Below, one piece after another: positions 55,246 to 64,000 of a stretch of 64,000 nt of DNA. Numbering within the stretch: position 1 is the first letter of the stretch; every line of letters starts with the position of its first letter. This DNA is from Pirellulales bacterium (lineage in GTDB: Bacteria; Planctomycetota; Planctomycetia; Pirellulales; UBA1268): the NCBI GenBank assembly GCA_044238145.1, contig JBIIDT010000008.1, positions 3,610 to 67,609 of the forward strand, written 5' to 3'. The translations under genes were made by a program, and so were the position numbers. The notes under the pieces were generated by a model that saw only the letters and a program-made list of their open reading frames with translations, was not told the DNA's origin and did no database searches.

Positions 55246-55854
55246 TCAGCGGCGGCCGATGGCGATCGCCGTCACCGGGCCCAGGGCCTCGGCGGCCGAG
55301 GTGCCGGGCCGGGCGGGGCCGGCGGGCGTGACCAGCAGCGTGTCGCCCTTGGCGACGACGCGGCTCGTGCCACCCGCCGCTACCGTCCCGATTGACACCC
55401 TCCGTGGGGCCATGCCGCGGCCCACGATCAGGGCCTCGCCGGTCGCGGGATCGACGAGGTCGAACGCGATGCACGGCTGGGGGCCGGCGGCAGCCGGCCG
55501 GCCGATCCAGATCGTGACCCGTTCGCCCGGTCGCAGGACGGCGAGATCGGCCCGCTCGGGACCGCCGACCGGCGGCCGCAGGTCGGCGGAGATATGCGGC
55601 GGGGGCGGCGGTGCGGGCGGACCGCGGAAGGGGTCGGCGGCCGGTGGCGCGGGTGGGGCCGGCTGGTGTGGCGGCAGGATCCCGGCGGGTGTCTGCGGCG
55701 CCGGCACGGGCTCGGCGGCGGCCTGCTCGGACGGCACGGTTCGGGCGTTGATGAGCCGCATGCCGCGGGCCGTGAGCCAGCCGATGTCGCCGGTGGCGGT
55801 GAAGCCGCCGCCGACGACGGCGATAGCGGCACAGCGGGCGAGGAAGTTCGACAT
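55246..55854 (-). CDS. hypothetical protein with N-terminal hydrophobic segment and Pro-rich linker
   Basis: The ATG at 55854 gives MSNFLARCAAIAVVGGGFTATG. A PxP-rich stretch follows. The C-terminal region is beta-rich (RVTIWIGRP...CIAFDLVDPATGEALIVGRG). No family recognised. The track ORF extends to 56166. Confidence 0.5.
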   Translation of the reverse strand: MSNFLARCAAIAVVGGGFTATGDIGWLTARGMRLINARTVPSEQAAAEPVPAPQTPAGILPPHQPAPPAPPAADPFRGPPAPPPPPHISADLRPPVGGPERADLAVLRPGERVTIWIGRPAAAGPQPCIAFDLVDPATGEALIVGRGMAPRRVSIGTVAAGGTSRVVAKGDTLLVTPAGPARPGTSAAEALGPVTAIAIGRR

Positions 55855-56012
55855 CGGGGAATGCGGCCGGGAAAAGGAGCCGCGGGCCCCGCGGCCCACG
55901 GCCAGCAAGTATGCGCCGGAAACGGGTCGCGGCGGCGGTGGTCGACGGCCGGTGGCCGGGCCGCCGGCCGCCGGTCGCCGCGTGGTGCCGATCGTGCGGG
56001 CTGGAGCGCCGG

Positions 56013-56483
<471 letters not shown>

Positions 56484-56699
56484 AGGTTGGGGTTCCGGGG
56501 GTGACGGTGCCTTAGTGGGAGCGTTATAGGGTTGTCGCAGCCGAAGGAAAGGCGACACGGTTTTGCGACGAGTTGGATGGGCCGGCGGGCAGGCGGCATA
56601 AGTTGCCTCGCTGATGGCCGCGGCGGCCATAGGCTCGGCATCCTCATTCCGACCCGCCCGCCTTCCGCACTGAGAACACGGACGCAGGGGAGAGTGATC

Positions 56700-57842
56700 G
56701 TGACGAGTCATTCTGAGCGCGGAGGGACCGCTTCTCGCGGCACCGGCACGCCCGGGGGTGAAGGGGCGGTGGTGGCGGTGCTCACGCCGGCGGGGCGGGG
56801 TGCGCTCGCGGTCGTCGGCGTCGCGGGCCCGGCGGCCGGAGGGCTCGTGGACAGCCTGTTCGCGCCGCGGGGCGGGCGGCCCGTTGCGGAGCGGTCGGAT
56901 GGATCGGTGGCCTTCGGTCGCTGGGGCGGCGACGGTGGCGAGGAGGTCGTCGTCGTGCGGCTGGCGGCCGACCGGCTCGAGGTGCACTGTCACGGCGGCT
57001 TGGCGGCTGCCGCGGCGATCGTCGCGGGACTGGTGGCCGCCGGCGGGCGGGAGATCGCGTGGCCGGAGTGGCTGTCGACCGTGGCCGGGGCGGGTGGACA
57101 GGTCGCCGCGGAGGCCCGCGCGGCGCTCGCCGTCGCGGGCGGGCCGCGGGCCGCGCAGGTCCTCTGCCGGCAGCTGGCGGGCGGCCTCGACGGCGAGATG
57201 GCGCGGATCGCGCGGCTGGTGGCGGCTGGCGACGCCGCGGCGGCCCGGGCCGCCGGCTCACGCCTGCTGGAGGCCGCCCGCGTGGGCCTGCGGCTCACGA
57301 GCCCCTGGCGGGTGGTCGTCGCGGGCCGGGTCAACGCGGGCAAGAGCAGCCTCGTCAACGCCCTTGCCGGTCACGCGCGGGCGATCGTCTCGCCCGTCCC
57401 GGGCACGACGCGGGACATGCTCGAGACGCGGATCGTGCTCGACGGCTGGGAGGTGGACCTCGTCGACACTGCGGGCGAGCGTGGGACCGACGAGCCCGTC
57501 GGCCCGGTGGAGACCGCCGGCATCGCCCGCGCGGCCGCCGCTGCCGCGACCGCCGACCTCGTCCTCCGGGTCGTTCCCGCGGACGGCACCGAGCCGACGC
57601 GGCCGCCCGGCACGCGGGAGTTAGTCGTCATCTCGAAGGCCGATCTCGCGGCCGGGTCCGGGACGACGTGGCCGGCGGCCGCGGTGCCGACGTCGGCTGC
57701 CACGGGCACGGGAATCGCGGCGCTCGCCGCCCGGATCGTGGCCGAGGTCGTTCCCGAGGCGGGCGACCGGGATCTGCTCGCGGGCCCCGTGCCGTTCACC
57801 CCGCGGCAGGTCGAGGTGATCCGGAGGCTGTGTGGCGGATGA
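56700..57842 (+). CDS. mnmE: tRNA modification GTPase MnmE-like (short form, start uncertain)
   Basis: The N-domain is [18 protein letters not shown]...LEVHCHGG. The G-domain has [29 protein letters not shown] and ISKADL. I chose GTG 56700, just after GGGGAGAG. The track start is 56532. The protein ends in RRLCGG rather than the usual C-I-G-K. Confidence 0.7.
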   Translation: MTSHSERGGTASRGTGTPGGEGAVVAVLTPAGRGALAVVGVAGPAAGGLVDSLFAPRGGRPVAERSDGSVAFGRWGGDGGEEVVVVRLAADRLEVHCHGGLAAAAAIVAGLVAAGGREIAWPEWLSTVAGAGGQVAAEARAALAVAGGPRAAQVLCRQLAGGLDGEMARIARLVAAGDAAAARAAGSRLLEAARVGLRLTSPWRVVVAGRVNAGKSSLVNALAGHARAIVSPVPGTTRDMLETRIVLDGWEVDLVDTAGERGTDEPVGPVETAGIARAAAAAATADLVLRVVPADGTEPTRPPGTRELVVISKADLAAGSGTTWPAAAVPTSAATGTGIAALAARIVAEVVPEAGDRDLLAGPVPFTPRQVEVIRRLCGG

Positions 57843-59240
57843 TCACTCGGCCTTCGGGTCGGCCGACTTGCCGCGGAGCAGGAGCCGCAGCGGCACCTCG
57901 TGGAACGGCAGCGCCTCGCGGAACGTGTTGAGCAGGTAACGCTTGTAGGGTTCCGACACGCTCCGCGGCGCGCTCGTGGAGATCACGATCGTGGGGGGCG
58001 TGGCCTCGACCTGCGTCGCGTAGTAGAGACGCACCGGGCGGCCGCGGGTGTCAGCCGGCGGCTGGTTGGCTTCCACCGCCGCCCGGAGCACGGCGTTGAG
58101 CCGGGCCGTGGGCACGCGGGTGCGGCTCTGGCGGAAGAGTCGCTGGGCGACGTCGATGACCGCCTTCACGTTGCGGCCCGAGGTCGCGGTCGTGAAGGCG
58201 ATCGGCGCCCAGGGCATCATCCGGAACTCGTCGCGGAGATACTGTGCCCACTCCTTCCGCTCCACGTCGGCGGCGTAGAGGTCCCACTTGTTGACGACGA
58301 ATACCACCGGCTTCGCCTCCTCGGTGATCGTCTCGGCGAGCTGCTTGTCGACCTTGCCGACCGGCTCCGTGGCGTCGAAGAACAAGAGCACCACGTCGGC
58401 GCGGCGGATGCTCCGCTGGGCCCGGTGGGTGGAGTAGAAGTCGAGGTCGGTGGTGCGGCTCTTTGTCCGCCGCAGGCCGGGCGTGTCGATCGCCAGGAAG
58501 GCGTGACCGTCGACCTCGAACCGCACGTCGACGCTGTCGCGGGTGGTGCCGGCCACGGGGCTCGTGATCACCCGCTCCTCGCGGGCCAGGGCGTTGACGA
58601 ACGTGCTCTTGCCGACGTTGCGACGGCCCACCATGGCGAGTTTCATCTCGGGCAGGTCGACCGCCACCGGCTCGTCGGGCCAGGGCTCCGGGAGCCGCTC
58701 CAGGATCGCCTCCACCAGCCCGTCGCGGTTCCGCCGCTGCCGCGCGCTGACGGCCAGTGGCGGGCCGAAGCCGAGCGACGCGAAGTCGTTGGCCTCGGGG
58801 TCGAACTTGGCGTCGTCCGCCTTGTTGGCCACGAGCAGCACCGGTGCCCCGGAGCGGCGGACCCGCCGGGCCACCTCGGCGTCGGCGGCGACGAGGCCCG
58901 CCCGGACATCGACCACGAGGAGGATCACGGCGGCGGCGCCGAGGCCCGCCTCGATCTGGGCGTCGATCTTCGCGGTCAGGCCGTCGGGATCGTCGAACCC
59001 CATGCCGCCGGTGTCGACGAGATCCACGACGCGGTCCTCGAGCGTGATCCGCTGCACGAGCCGGTCGCGGGTCACGCCGGCCGTCGGGTCCTCGATGGCG
59101 ATCCGCTTCTCGACGAGCCAGTTGAAGAGCGTCGACTTGCCGACGTTCGGCCGGCCGACGATCACCACCCGGGGGATGAGACTCTTGTCGGGGGGGCGGC
59201 CCGCGGTCTTGCTGCGGCTGCGGGGCGGGGGGGAGGGCAT
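57843..59240 (-). CDS. der: ribosome biogenesis GTPase Der (EngA)
   Basis: It has two tandem G-domains (VVIVGRPNVGKSTLFN...DTGG...NKAD and LAMVGRRNVGKSTFVN...DTPG...NKWD) plus a KH-like C-terminal domain. Its stop abuts the mnmE stop with zero spacer. Confidence 0.95.
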   Translation of the reverse strand: MPSPPPRSRSKTAGRPPDKSLIPRVVIVGRPNVGKSTLFNWLVEKRIAIEDPTAGVTRDRLVQRITLEDRVVDLVDTGGMGFDDPDGLTAKIDAQIEAGLGAAAVILLVVDVRAGLVAADAEVARRVRRSGAPVLLVANKADDAKFDPEANDFASLGFGPPLAVSARQRRNRDGLVEAILERLPEPWPDEPVAVDLPEMKLAMVGRRNVGKSTFVNALAREERVITSPVAGTTRDSVDVRFEVDGHAFLAIDTPGLRRTKSRTTDLDFYSTHRAQRSIRRADVVLLFFDATEPVGKVDKQLAETITEEAKPVVFVVNKWDLYAADVERKEWAQYLRDEFRMMPWAPIAFTTATSGRNVKAVIDVAQRLFRQSRTRVPTARLNAVLRAAVEANQPPADTRGRPVRLYYATQVEATPPTIVISTSAPRSVSEPYKRYLLNTFREALPFHEVPLRLLLRGKSADPKAE

Positions 59241-59274
59241 GCTTTGATTCTACCCGGATTCAGCTGGGCCGTTC

Positions 59275-59407
59275 GGGGTTGCCCGTGCCCAGTCGCCGGA
59301 CGTTCGCCTCGGCCCTCCAGGCCTCGGCTCTCTGCATGTCCGCTTCGCTTCGGCATCCGTGCCTTCGCTCGCTCCCATAGCCCGGCTCCTCGGGCACGGG
59401 CAACCCC
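59275..59407 (+). repeat. 133-bp structured intergenic repeat, family R2, copy b
   Basis: Perfect 16-bp terminal inverted arms GGGGTTGCCCGTGCCC (59275-59290) and GGGCACGGGCAACCCC (59392-59407) bracket a core that is about 85% identical to copy a. The element fills the gap between the mtnA stop (59408) and the der start (59240). Confidence 0.8.
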
Positions 59408-60460
59408 TCACTCCAAGACCGCACGGATCGTTTCGGGGGTCACGGGGGAGATGACGCCGTGCTCGGTGACGATGCCACGGATCAGCCGGGCGGGGGTGAC
59501 GTCGAAGGCCGGATTGAAGGCTTTGGCGCCGGCGGGAGCGGCACGTACGCCGAGCGGCACGAGCACCTCGTCGGCCGCCCGCTCCTCGATCGGGATGTCC
59601 GCCCCGTCCTCGATCGTGAGGTCGAACGTGCTCGACGGCGCCGCCACGTAGAAGGGCACGCCGTGGGCCGCGGCCAGCACCGCCAGCGCGTAGGTGCCGA
59701 TCTTGTTGGCCGCGTCGCCGCGGGCCGTGATCCGGTCGGCGCCCACGATGCATGCCTTGATCCGGCCGGTCTTGAGCAGGTGGCCGGCGGCCGCGTCGAC
59801 GAGCACGGTGACGGGGATGCCGCGCTCCACGAGTTCCCAGGCCGTGAGCCGCGCGCCCTGGAACAGCGGCCGCGTCTCGTCGGCGAAGACCTCGAGCTTC
59901 CGCCCCTGCTCCCAGGCCGTGGTGATCACCGCCAGGGCCGTGCCGTCGCCGCCCGTCGCGAGGGCGCCGGTGTTGCAGTGGGTGAGCACGCCGCCGTCCT
60001 CGAGGAGCGGCGCCCCGTGGCGGCCGATCGCCGCGCACAGCCGACGGTCTTCGTCGTGGATGGCCCGGGCCTCGGCCAGCAGGGCCGCGGCGAGGTCGGC
60101 CGGCGCCGCCGCCGCGGGCAGGGCGTCGAGCACCGCGAGGCAGCGGGCCACGGCCCACCGCAGGTTCACGGCCGTCGGCCGCGCGGTCGCGAGTTGCTCG
60201 CCGCGGGCGAGCACGTGGGCCCGGGCGGCGTCCGGCGCGAGCCTCTCCCGCACCGCCTCGCCCGCCGCGACGACGAGGCCGTAGCCGCCGGCGATGCCGA
60301 TGGCCGGTGCGCCGCGGACCCGCAGGCTCTTGATCGCCTCCACTACCGCGTCGACGTCGGCACAGGTCACCCACGCCAGCCGGCCGGGGAGCAGCGTCTG
60401 GTCGAGGATCTCGAGCCGGCCGGCCCAGTCGCCGGTCCACCTCACGGAAGCGGGGATCAT
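59408..60460 (-). CDS. mtnA: S-methyl-5-thioribose-1-phosphate isomerase
   Basis: The ATG at 60460 gives MIPASVRWTGDWAGRLEILDQTLLPGRLAWVTCADVDAVVEAIKSLRVRGAPAIGIAGGYG. This is the MtnA/eIF-2B-related pattern. Later, ITARGDAANKIGTYALAVLAAAHGVPFYVAAP is also typical. Confidence 0.85.
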   Translation of the reverse strand: MIPASVRWTGDWAGRLEILDQTLLPGRLAWVTCADVDAVVEAIKSLRVRGAPAIGIAGGYGLVVAAGEAVRERLAPDAARAHVLARGEQLATARPTAVNLRWAVARCLAVLDALPAAAAPADLAAALLAEARAIHDEDRRLCAAIGRHGAPLLEDGGVLTHCNTGALATGGDGTALAVITTAWEQGRKLEVFADETRPLFQGARLTAWELVERGIPVTVLVDAAAGHLLKTGRIKACIVGADRITARGDAANKIGTYALAVLAAAHGVPFYVAAPSSTFDLTIEDGADIPIEERAADEVLVPLGVRAAPAGAKAFNPAFDVTPARLIRGIVTEHGVISPVTPETIRAVLE

Positions 60461-60467
60461 CGGCGGC

Positions 60468-61574
60468 TCACGCGGCGAGTTTCTCGCAGGGGAGGCCGAA
60501 GGCCGCGGCCACGGCCGCCTGCACGAGCCGGCCGCGGTGGACGTTGATCGCGGAGCGGATCGCGGCACTGTGGGCCGCCGCCCCGTCGACACCTTCCGCC
60601 GCCAGCTGCAGCACGTAGGGAAGGGTGGCGTTGCACAGGGCGTAGGTGCTCGTCCGGCCGACGGCGCCCGGCATGTTCGTCACGCAGTAGTGAACCACGT
60701 CGTCGACCACGTAGGTCGGATCGGCGTGCGTGGTGGGGCGGCTGGTGGCCACGCACCCCCCCTGGTCGATGGCCACGTCGATGATCACAGCCCCGGGCTT
60801 CATGAGCTTGAGGTCGTCCCTTTCGACGAGGTGCGGCGCCCGGGCGCCCGGGATGAGGATGCTGCCGATCACGAGGTCGGCCCAGCCGAGTCGCTCGCGG
60901 ATCGTGTGCCGGTCGGAGAACAGGCAGTCGATGTTCGGGGGCGTGACGTCGTCGAGGTACCGCAGCCGCTCGAGGTTCGTGTCGAGCAGGGCGATGTTGG
61001 CCCCGAAGCCGGCGGCCACCTTGGCGGCGTTGGCTCCCACGGAGCCCGCACCGAGCACGAGCACGTTGGCCGGGGCCACACCCGGGACACCGCCGAGGAG
61101 GATGCCGCGGCCCATCTGCGGCCGCTCCAGGTACTTCGCGCCCTCCTGGATACTCATCCGCCCGGCCACCTCGCTCATCGGGATGAGCAGCGGCAGCCGG
61201 CCGCGGTCGTCGCGGAGCGTCTCGTAGGCGATGGCCGTGCCCCCCGTGGCCAGGAAGCCCTCGGTGAGCCCGCGGTCGGCCGCGAAGTGGAAGTAGGTGA
61301 AGACCGCCTGGCCCGGCCGGATGAGGGACAGTTCCGGTCGCTGCGGTTCCTTCACCTTGACGATCAGTTCGGCCCGCCCGAAGACCTCGGCGGCCGCATC
61401 GACGAGCTCGGCACCACAGGCCGCGTACGACTCGTCGGGCAGGCCCGATCCGGTGCCGGCACCGCGCTGCACGATCACCTGGTGGCCGGCCCGTACCAGC
61501 TCCTCCACGCCCACCGGGAGCAGAGCGACGCGGTATTCGTCCAGCTTCGTCTCCTGCGGCACGCCGACGATCAC
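60468..61574 (-). CDS. ald: alanine dehydrogenase
   Basis: The GTG at 61574 overlaps the upstream gene's stop (GTGA). VIVGVPQETKLDEYRVALLPVGVEELVRAGHQVIVQRGAGTGSGLPDESY and the NAD fold VLVLGAGSVGANAAKVAAGFGA match Ald. The protein is 368 aa. Confidence 0.9.
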   Translation of the reverse strand: MIVGVPQETKLDEYRVALLPVGVEELVRAGHQVIVQRGAGTGSGLPDESYAACGAELVDAAAEVFGRAELIVKVKEPQRPELSLIRPGQAVFTYFHFAADRGLTEGFLATGGTAIAYETLRDDRGRLPLLIPMSEVAGRMSIQEGAKYLERPQMGRGILLGGVPGVAPANVLVLGAGSVGANAAKVAAGFGANIALLDTNLERLRYLDDVTPPNIDCLFSDRHTIRERLGWADLVIGSILIPGARAPHLVERDDLKLMKPGAVIIDVAIDQGGCVATSRPTTHADPTYVVDDVVHYCVTNMPGAVGRTSTYALCNATLPYVLQLAAEGVDGAAAHSAAIRSAINVHRGRLVQAAVAAAFGLPCEKLAA

Positions 61575-62887
61575 GAGACGGGCTCCTTCCGCTCCGTCGG
61601 CATCTTGAACGTGGCCGGCATCGGCAGCGGGTACTGGCCGTCGGCGTCTGGGTTCACCGGGGCCGGGCCGTCCCAGGCGAGATCGGCCGGCATCATGGAG
61701 TCGTCGAGAGCCAGCACCTTGTCGTACGTCTGCTGCTTGCCGCTGTAGGTGGCGTAGCGGCCGAGCACCGCGGTGAAGCTCGACGTCGCCCCGTGCCAGG
61801 CGTCGTTGTGCGGCTTGTCGTTGCGGATCGCGTCGTGCAGCTCGTCGTGCTCCACCTGGTAGGGGTTCGGATTCTGCCCGTCGTACTTCCAGAGCACCTT
61901 GCCCGCGTGGTCGAAGATCTCGCCGATCCGCACGACACCCTTGGTGCCGATGAACTCCTCCGAAACCCGGTTCTCGCCCCCGGGGAACTGCCGGCATTGG
62001 CTGGCGATCCGCACGCCACCCGGATAGGTGAACGTGACGGCGTGGTGGTCGTAGATCTGCGTGGGCTGGTCGGGCTTGCGGTTCTGCAGGCCGCCGAAGC
62101 CGTAGGCCGAAACCGGCAGCTTACCGAGGAACCAGTTGGCGACGTCGATGTTGTGGACGTGCTGCTCGACGATGTGGTCACCGGAGAGCCAGTTGAAGTG
62201 ACCCCAGTTGTAGAGCTGGTATTGCAGCTCGCTCATCCCCGGCTTGCGGTTCTTGAACCAGGGGCGGTCGCTGTTCCAGTAGATCGTGCCGGAGACGATG
62301 TCGCCGACGAGCCCGTCGCGGACGCGGGCGAGCGTCTGGCGATACCGGTCCTCGTAGTGCCGCTGCAGGCCGACGACGACCTTGAGCTTCTTTTCGTCGG
62401 CCTGCTTGGCCGCCTCGAGAACCATCCGCGCGCCGGCGGCGTCGACGCACACCGGCTTCTCCATGAACACGTGCTTGCCCGCCTTGACAGCCGCGGCGAA
62501 GTGATACGGGCGGAACGCGGGGGGCGACGCCAGGAGCACGAGGTCGCAGTGTTCGAGGACCTTCTGGTAGGCGTCGAGCCCCTGGAACCGGCGATCCTCC
62601 GGGCAGTCGAACTTGTCCTTCATCGGCTCGGCCTGTTTGATCGCGTTGGCGATCGACCAGTCGAACACGTCGGCGATTGCCGTGAGCTTCACGTTCGATC
62701 CGGGCACCGAGAGCGTCTGCGCCATCGCTCCGGTGCCGCGGCCGCCGGCGCCGACGAGGCCCACCTTGATCACGTCGCTCGATGGCGACTGGGCGTGGAC
62801 GGCCCGCATCCCGGCGGCGGCGACGGTGGCGGCCCCGACGGCCTTGACGGCATCGCGGCGGGAGAGGGCGGGGCGGGATTCGCTCAT
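61571..62887 (-). CDS. Gfo/Idh/MocA family oxidoreductase with twin-arginine signal
   Basis: The ATG at 62887 gives MSESRPALSRRDAVKAVGAATVAAAGMRAVHA (TAT-like). The Rossmann fold is IKVGLVGAGGRGTGA, and the EKP motif appears in HVFMEKPVCVD. Confidence 0.85.
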   Translation of the reverse strand: MSESRPALSRRDAVKAVGAATVAAAGMRAVHAQSPSSDVIKVGLVGAGGRGTGAMAQTLSVPGSNVKLTAIADVFDWSIANAIKQAEPMKDKFDCPEDRRFQGLDAYQKVLEHCDLVLLASPPAFRPYHFAAAVKAGKHVFMEKPVCVDAAGARMVLEAAKQADEKKLKVVVGLQRHYEDRYRQTLARVRDGLVGDIVSGTIYWNSDRPWFKNRKPGMSELQYQLYNWGHFNWLSGDHIVEQHVHNIDVANWFLGKLPVSAYGFGGLQNRKPDQPTQIYDHHAVTFTYPGGVRIASQCRQFPGGENRVSEEFIGTKGVVRIGEIFDHAGKVLWKYDGQNPNPYQVEHDELHDAIRNDKPHNDAWHGATSSFTAVLGRYATYSGKQQTYDKVLALDDSMMPADLAWDGPAPVNPDADGQYPLPMPATFKMPTERKEPVS

Positions 62888-62957
62888 CGGGCGGGCTCCT
62901 GGACGGGGCGGGAACGTGGGCTGTTGCGACCTGAGACCACCGGCAGAGGATACCGCG

Positions 62958-63290
62958 TCAGTAGCGGGGGATGGAAGCATCGACCTCCAGCGACCAGGCG
63001 TCGATCCCGCCCCGCATGCTCCGGGCCCCGGAAAACCCCCGTTCGCGCAGCCAGTGGGCGACCCGCAGGCTCCGCACACCGTGGTGGCAGTGGACGACCA
63101 CGGGCCGGTCCCGCCAGGCCTCGATCTCGGCCAGCCGGGCGGGCAGTTCCTGCATCGGGATCAGCAGGCCACCCGCGATCCGTGCCGTCGCATGCTCCTC
63201 CGGCGTGCGGCAGTCGAGCAGCAGCCAGTCTGAAGAGCCGGTCGCCGCGAGAGCTCGCACCTCGGCCGGTTCGATCTCGATGGATTCCAT
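62958..63290 (-). CDS. rhodanese-like sulfurtransferase domain protein
   Basis: 110-aa ORF. LLLDCRTPEEHATARIAGGLLIP...PVVVHCHHGVRSLRVAHWLRERGF carries the CxxGxR active-site loop of single-domain rhodaneses. Confidence 0.85.
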   Translation of the reverse strand: MESIEIEPAEVRALAATGSSDWLLLDCRTPEEHATARIAGGLLIPMQELPARLAEIEAWRDRPVVVHCHHGVRSLRVAHWLRERGFSGARSMRGGIDAWSLEVDASIPRY

Positions 63291-63319
63291 GGGGGCGGCT
63301 CGCGAGGTCGGAGGGGGCG

Positions 63320-63360
63320 AAAAAGCGAAGCCGCGGCCGGAACGGGTCCGGCCGCGGCTT
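63320..63360 (-). terminator. rho-independent terminator of the DUF1559 gene
   Basis: On the minus strand: AAGCCGCGGCCGGA, loop CCCGT, TCCGGCCGCGGCTT (a perfect 14-bp stem, 63360-63328), followed by CGCTTTTTCG. It lies 31 nt after the stop at 63391. Confidence 0.7.
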
Positions 63361-63390
63361 GCATGTCAGGTCAGATCGGGTCGGAGCGGA

Positions 63391-64000
63391 TCACTCAGTG
63401 AGGCCGGTCGACTCGCTGCCGCTCCGGGAGCAGATGCTCATGTACACCTGCGGGTCGATGTCCGCCGTGACCTGGGACACGTGCGTGTCGCCGAAGGCAT
63501 GCATCGTGATCCCACCCTGGTGGTCGCTCGACACGCCGTGGGCCATGCCGACCGCCATCCTGTTGGATGGAAACTTGGCAGTGGGCAGGTAGCGAACCAG
63601 CGGCGACAGGGCCGGCTGGACCGACAACGCACAGCGGCTGATCGGACTGCCGGCGGCGTTGGTCGTGCTCCAGATGCCGTTGACGCAGGTGGGATTGTTC
63701 GCGTTGTCACCCGTGTTCGGGTCGTACGCGACCACCCAGCAATTAGTGCCGTCGATCCATGACGAATACCCGCGTTCCTTAGTTTCCGCCACCATCACCG
63801 TCTTCGACATGCCGTCGGAGACGCTGCCGGCCGTGAGGCCGGCCCGACTGGCGAACCACGGTGTGGCCGTGAGGCTGGCGGGCGCGGGCACGTCGGGGGC
63901 GAATTGGATCGCACCACCCACGGGCAGCGTGGCCGTGCCCGAGGTGACCATGTGTGTACCCGCCATGGCCTTGTAGTTCGTTGTGGCAACCTTCGCGCCA
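63391..64000 (-). CDS. DUF1559 (H-X9-DG) domain protein, N-terminus outside window
   Basis: The reading frame stays open upstream of the track's ATG (63966) to the window edge. The C-terminal HQGGITMHAFGDTHVSQVTADID matches the H-x(9)-D-G/T motif region of Planctomycetes DUF1559 proteins, which normally begin with a prepilin-type signal. Confidence 0.75.
   Translation of the reverse strand, partial: GAKVATTNYKAMAGTHMVTSGTATLPVGGAIQFAPDVPAPASLTATPWFASRAGLTAGSVSDGMSKTVMVAETKERGYSSWIDGTNCWVVAYDPNTGDNANNPTCVNGIWSTTNAAGSPISRCALSVQPALSPLVRYLPTAKFPSNRMAVGMAHGVSSDHQGGITMHAFGDTHVSQVTADIDPQVYMSICSRSGSESTGLTE

Overview
High-GC (about 70% in hand-counted sample lines) bacterial chromosome segment. The gene content looks Planctomycetota-like: a DUF1501 plus DUF1549/DUF1553 pair, a DUF1559 H-X9-DG-type protein, a TIGR03067-like protein, DUF1570-like HExxH proteins, and TAT-signal Gfo/Idh/MocA oxidoreductases. 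This lineage call is inference from family patterns recognised by eye.

I support about 58 protein-coding genes and one tRNA-Gly(CCC). Most are ordinary core functions:
- gltB-gltD behind a LysR regulator
- rpsA, der, mnmE, bcp, uppP, ald, mtnA, apbE
- an NtrC-type sigma-54 activator and an ECF sigma/anti-sigma pair
- a sugar-type cluster of oxidoreductase, TIM-barrel isomerase and MFS transporter

I found no CRISPR array, transposase, integrase, prophage genes or recognisable defence system. I cannot honestly name a clear novel multi-gene system.

The leads I consider most worth a second look:
1. Two families of structured intergenic repeats (R1 at about 12.0 and 15.2 kb, R2 at about 24.2 and 59.3 kb). 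Their stems or arms change while keeping complementarity.
2. A strong orphan intrinsic terminator at 713-774, preceded by an Ala-type tRNA-like 3' end, with no gene to explain it.
3. A lower-GC (about 50-60%) islet next to tRNA-Gly that carries a 708-aa secreted alpha/beta-hydrolase-like orphan.
4. A small secreted Cys/His-rich repeat protein with a long leader containing direct repeats.
5. A cluster with a membrane-inserted KAP-like P-loop NTPase, a zinc-ribbon/GYF protein, a secreted orphan, and a divergently oriented ClpP-like protein.

The ORF track uses ATG/GTG/TTG and reports the longest ORF, so many of its starts are too far upstream. I re-picked starts where the sequence supported it. 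Many long antisense or alternate-frame ORFs are high-GC artefacts and were rejected.
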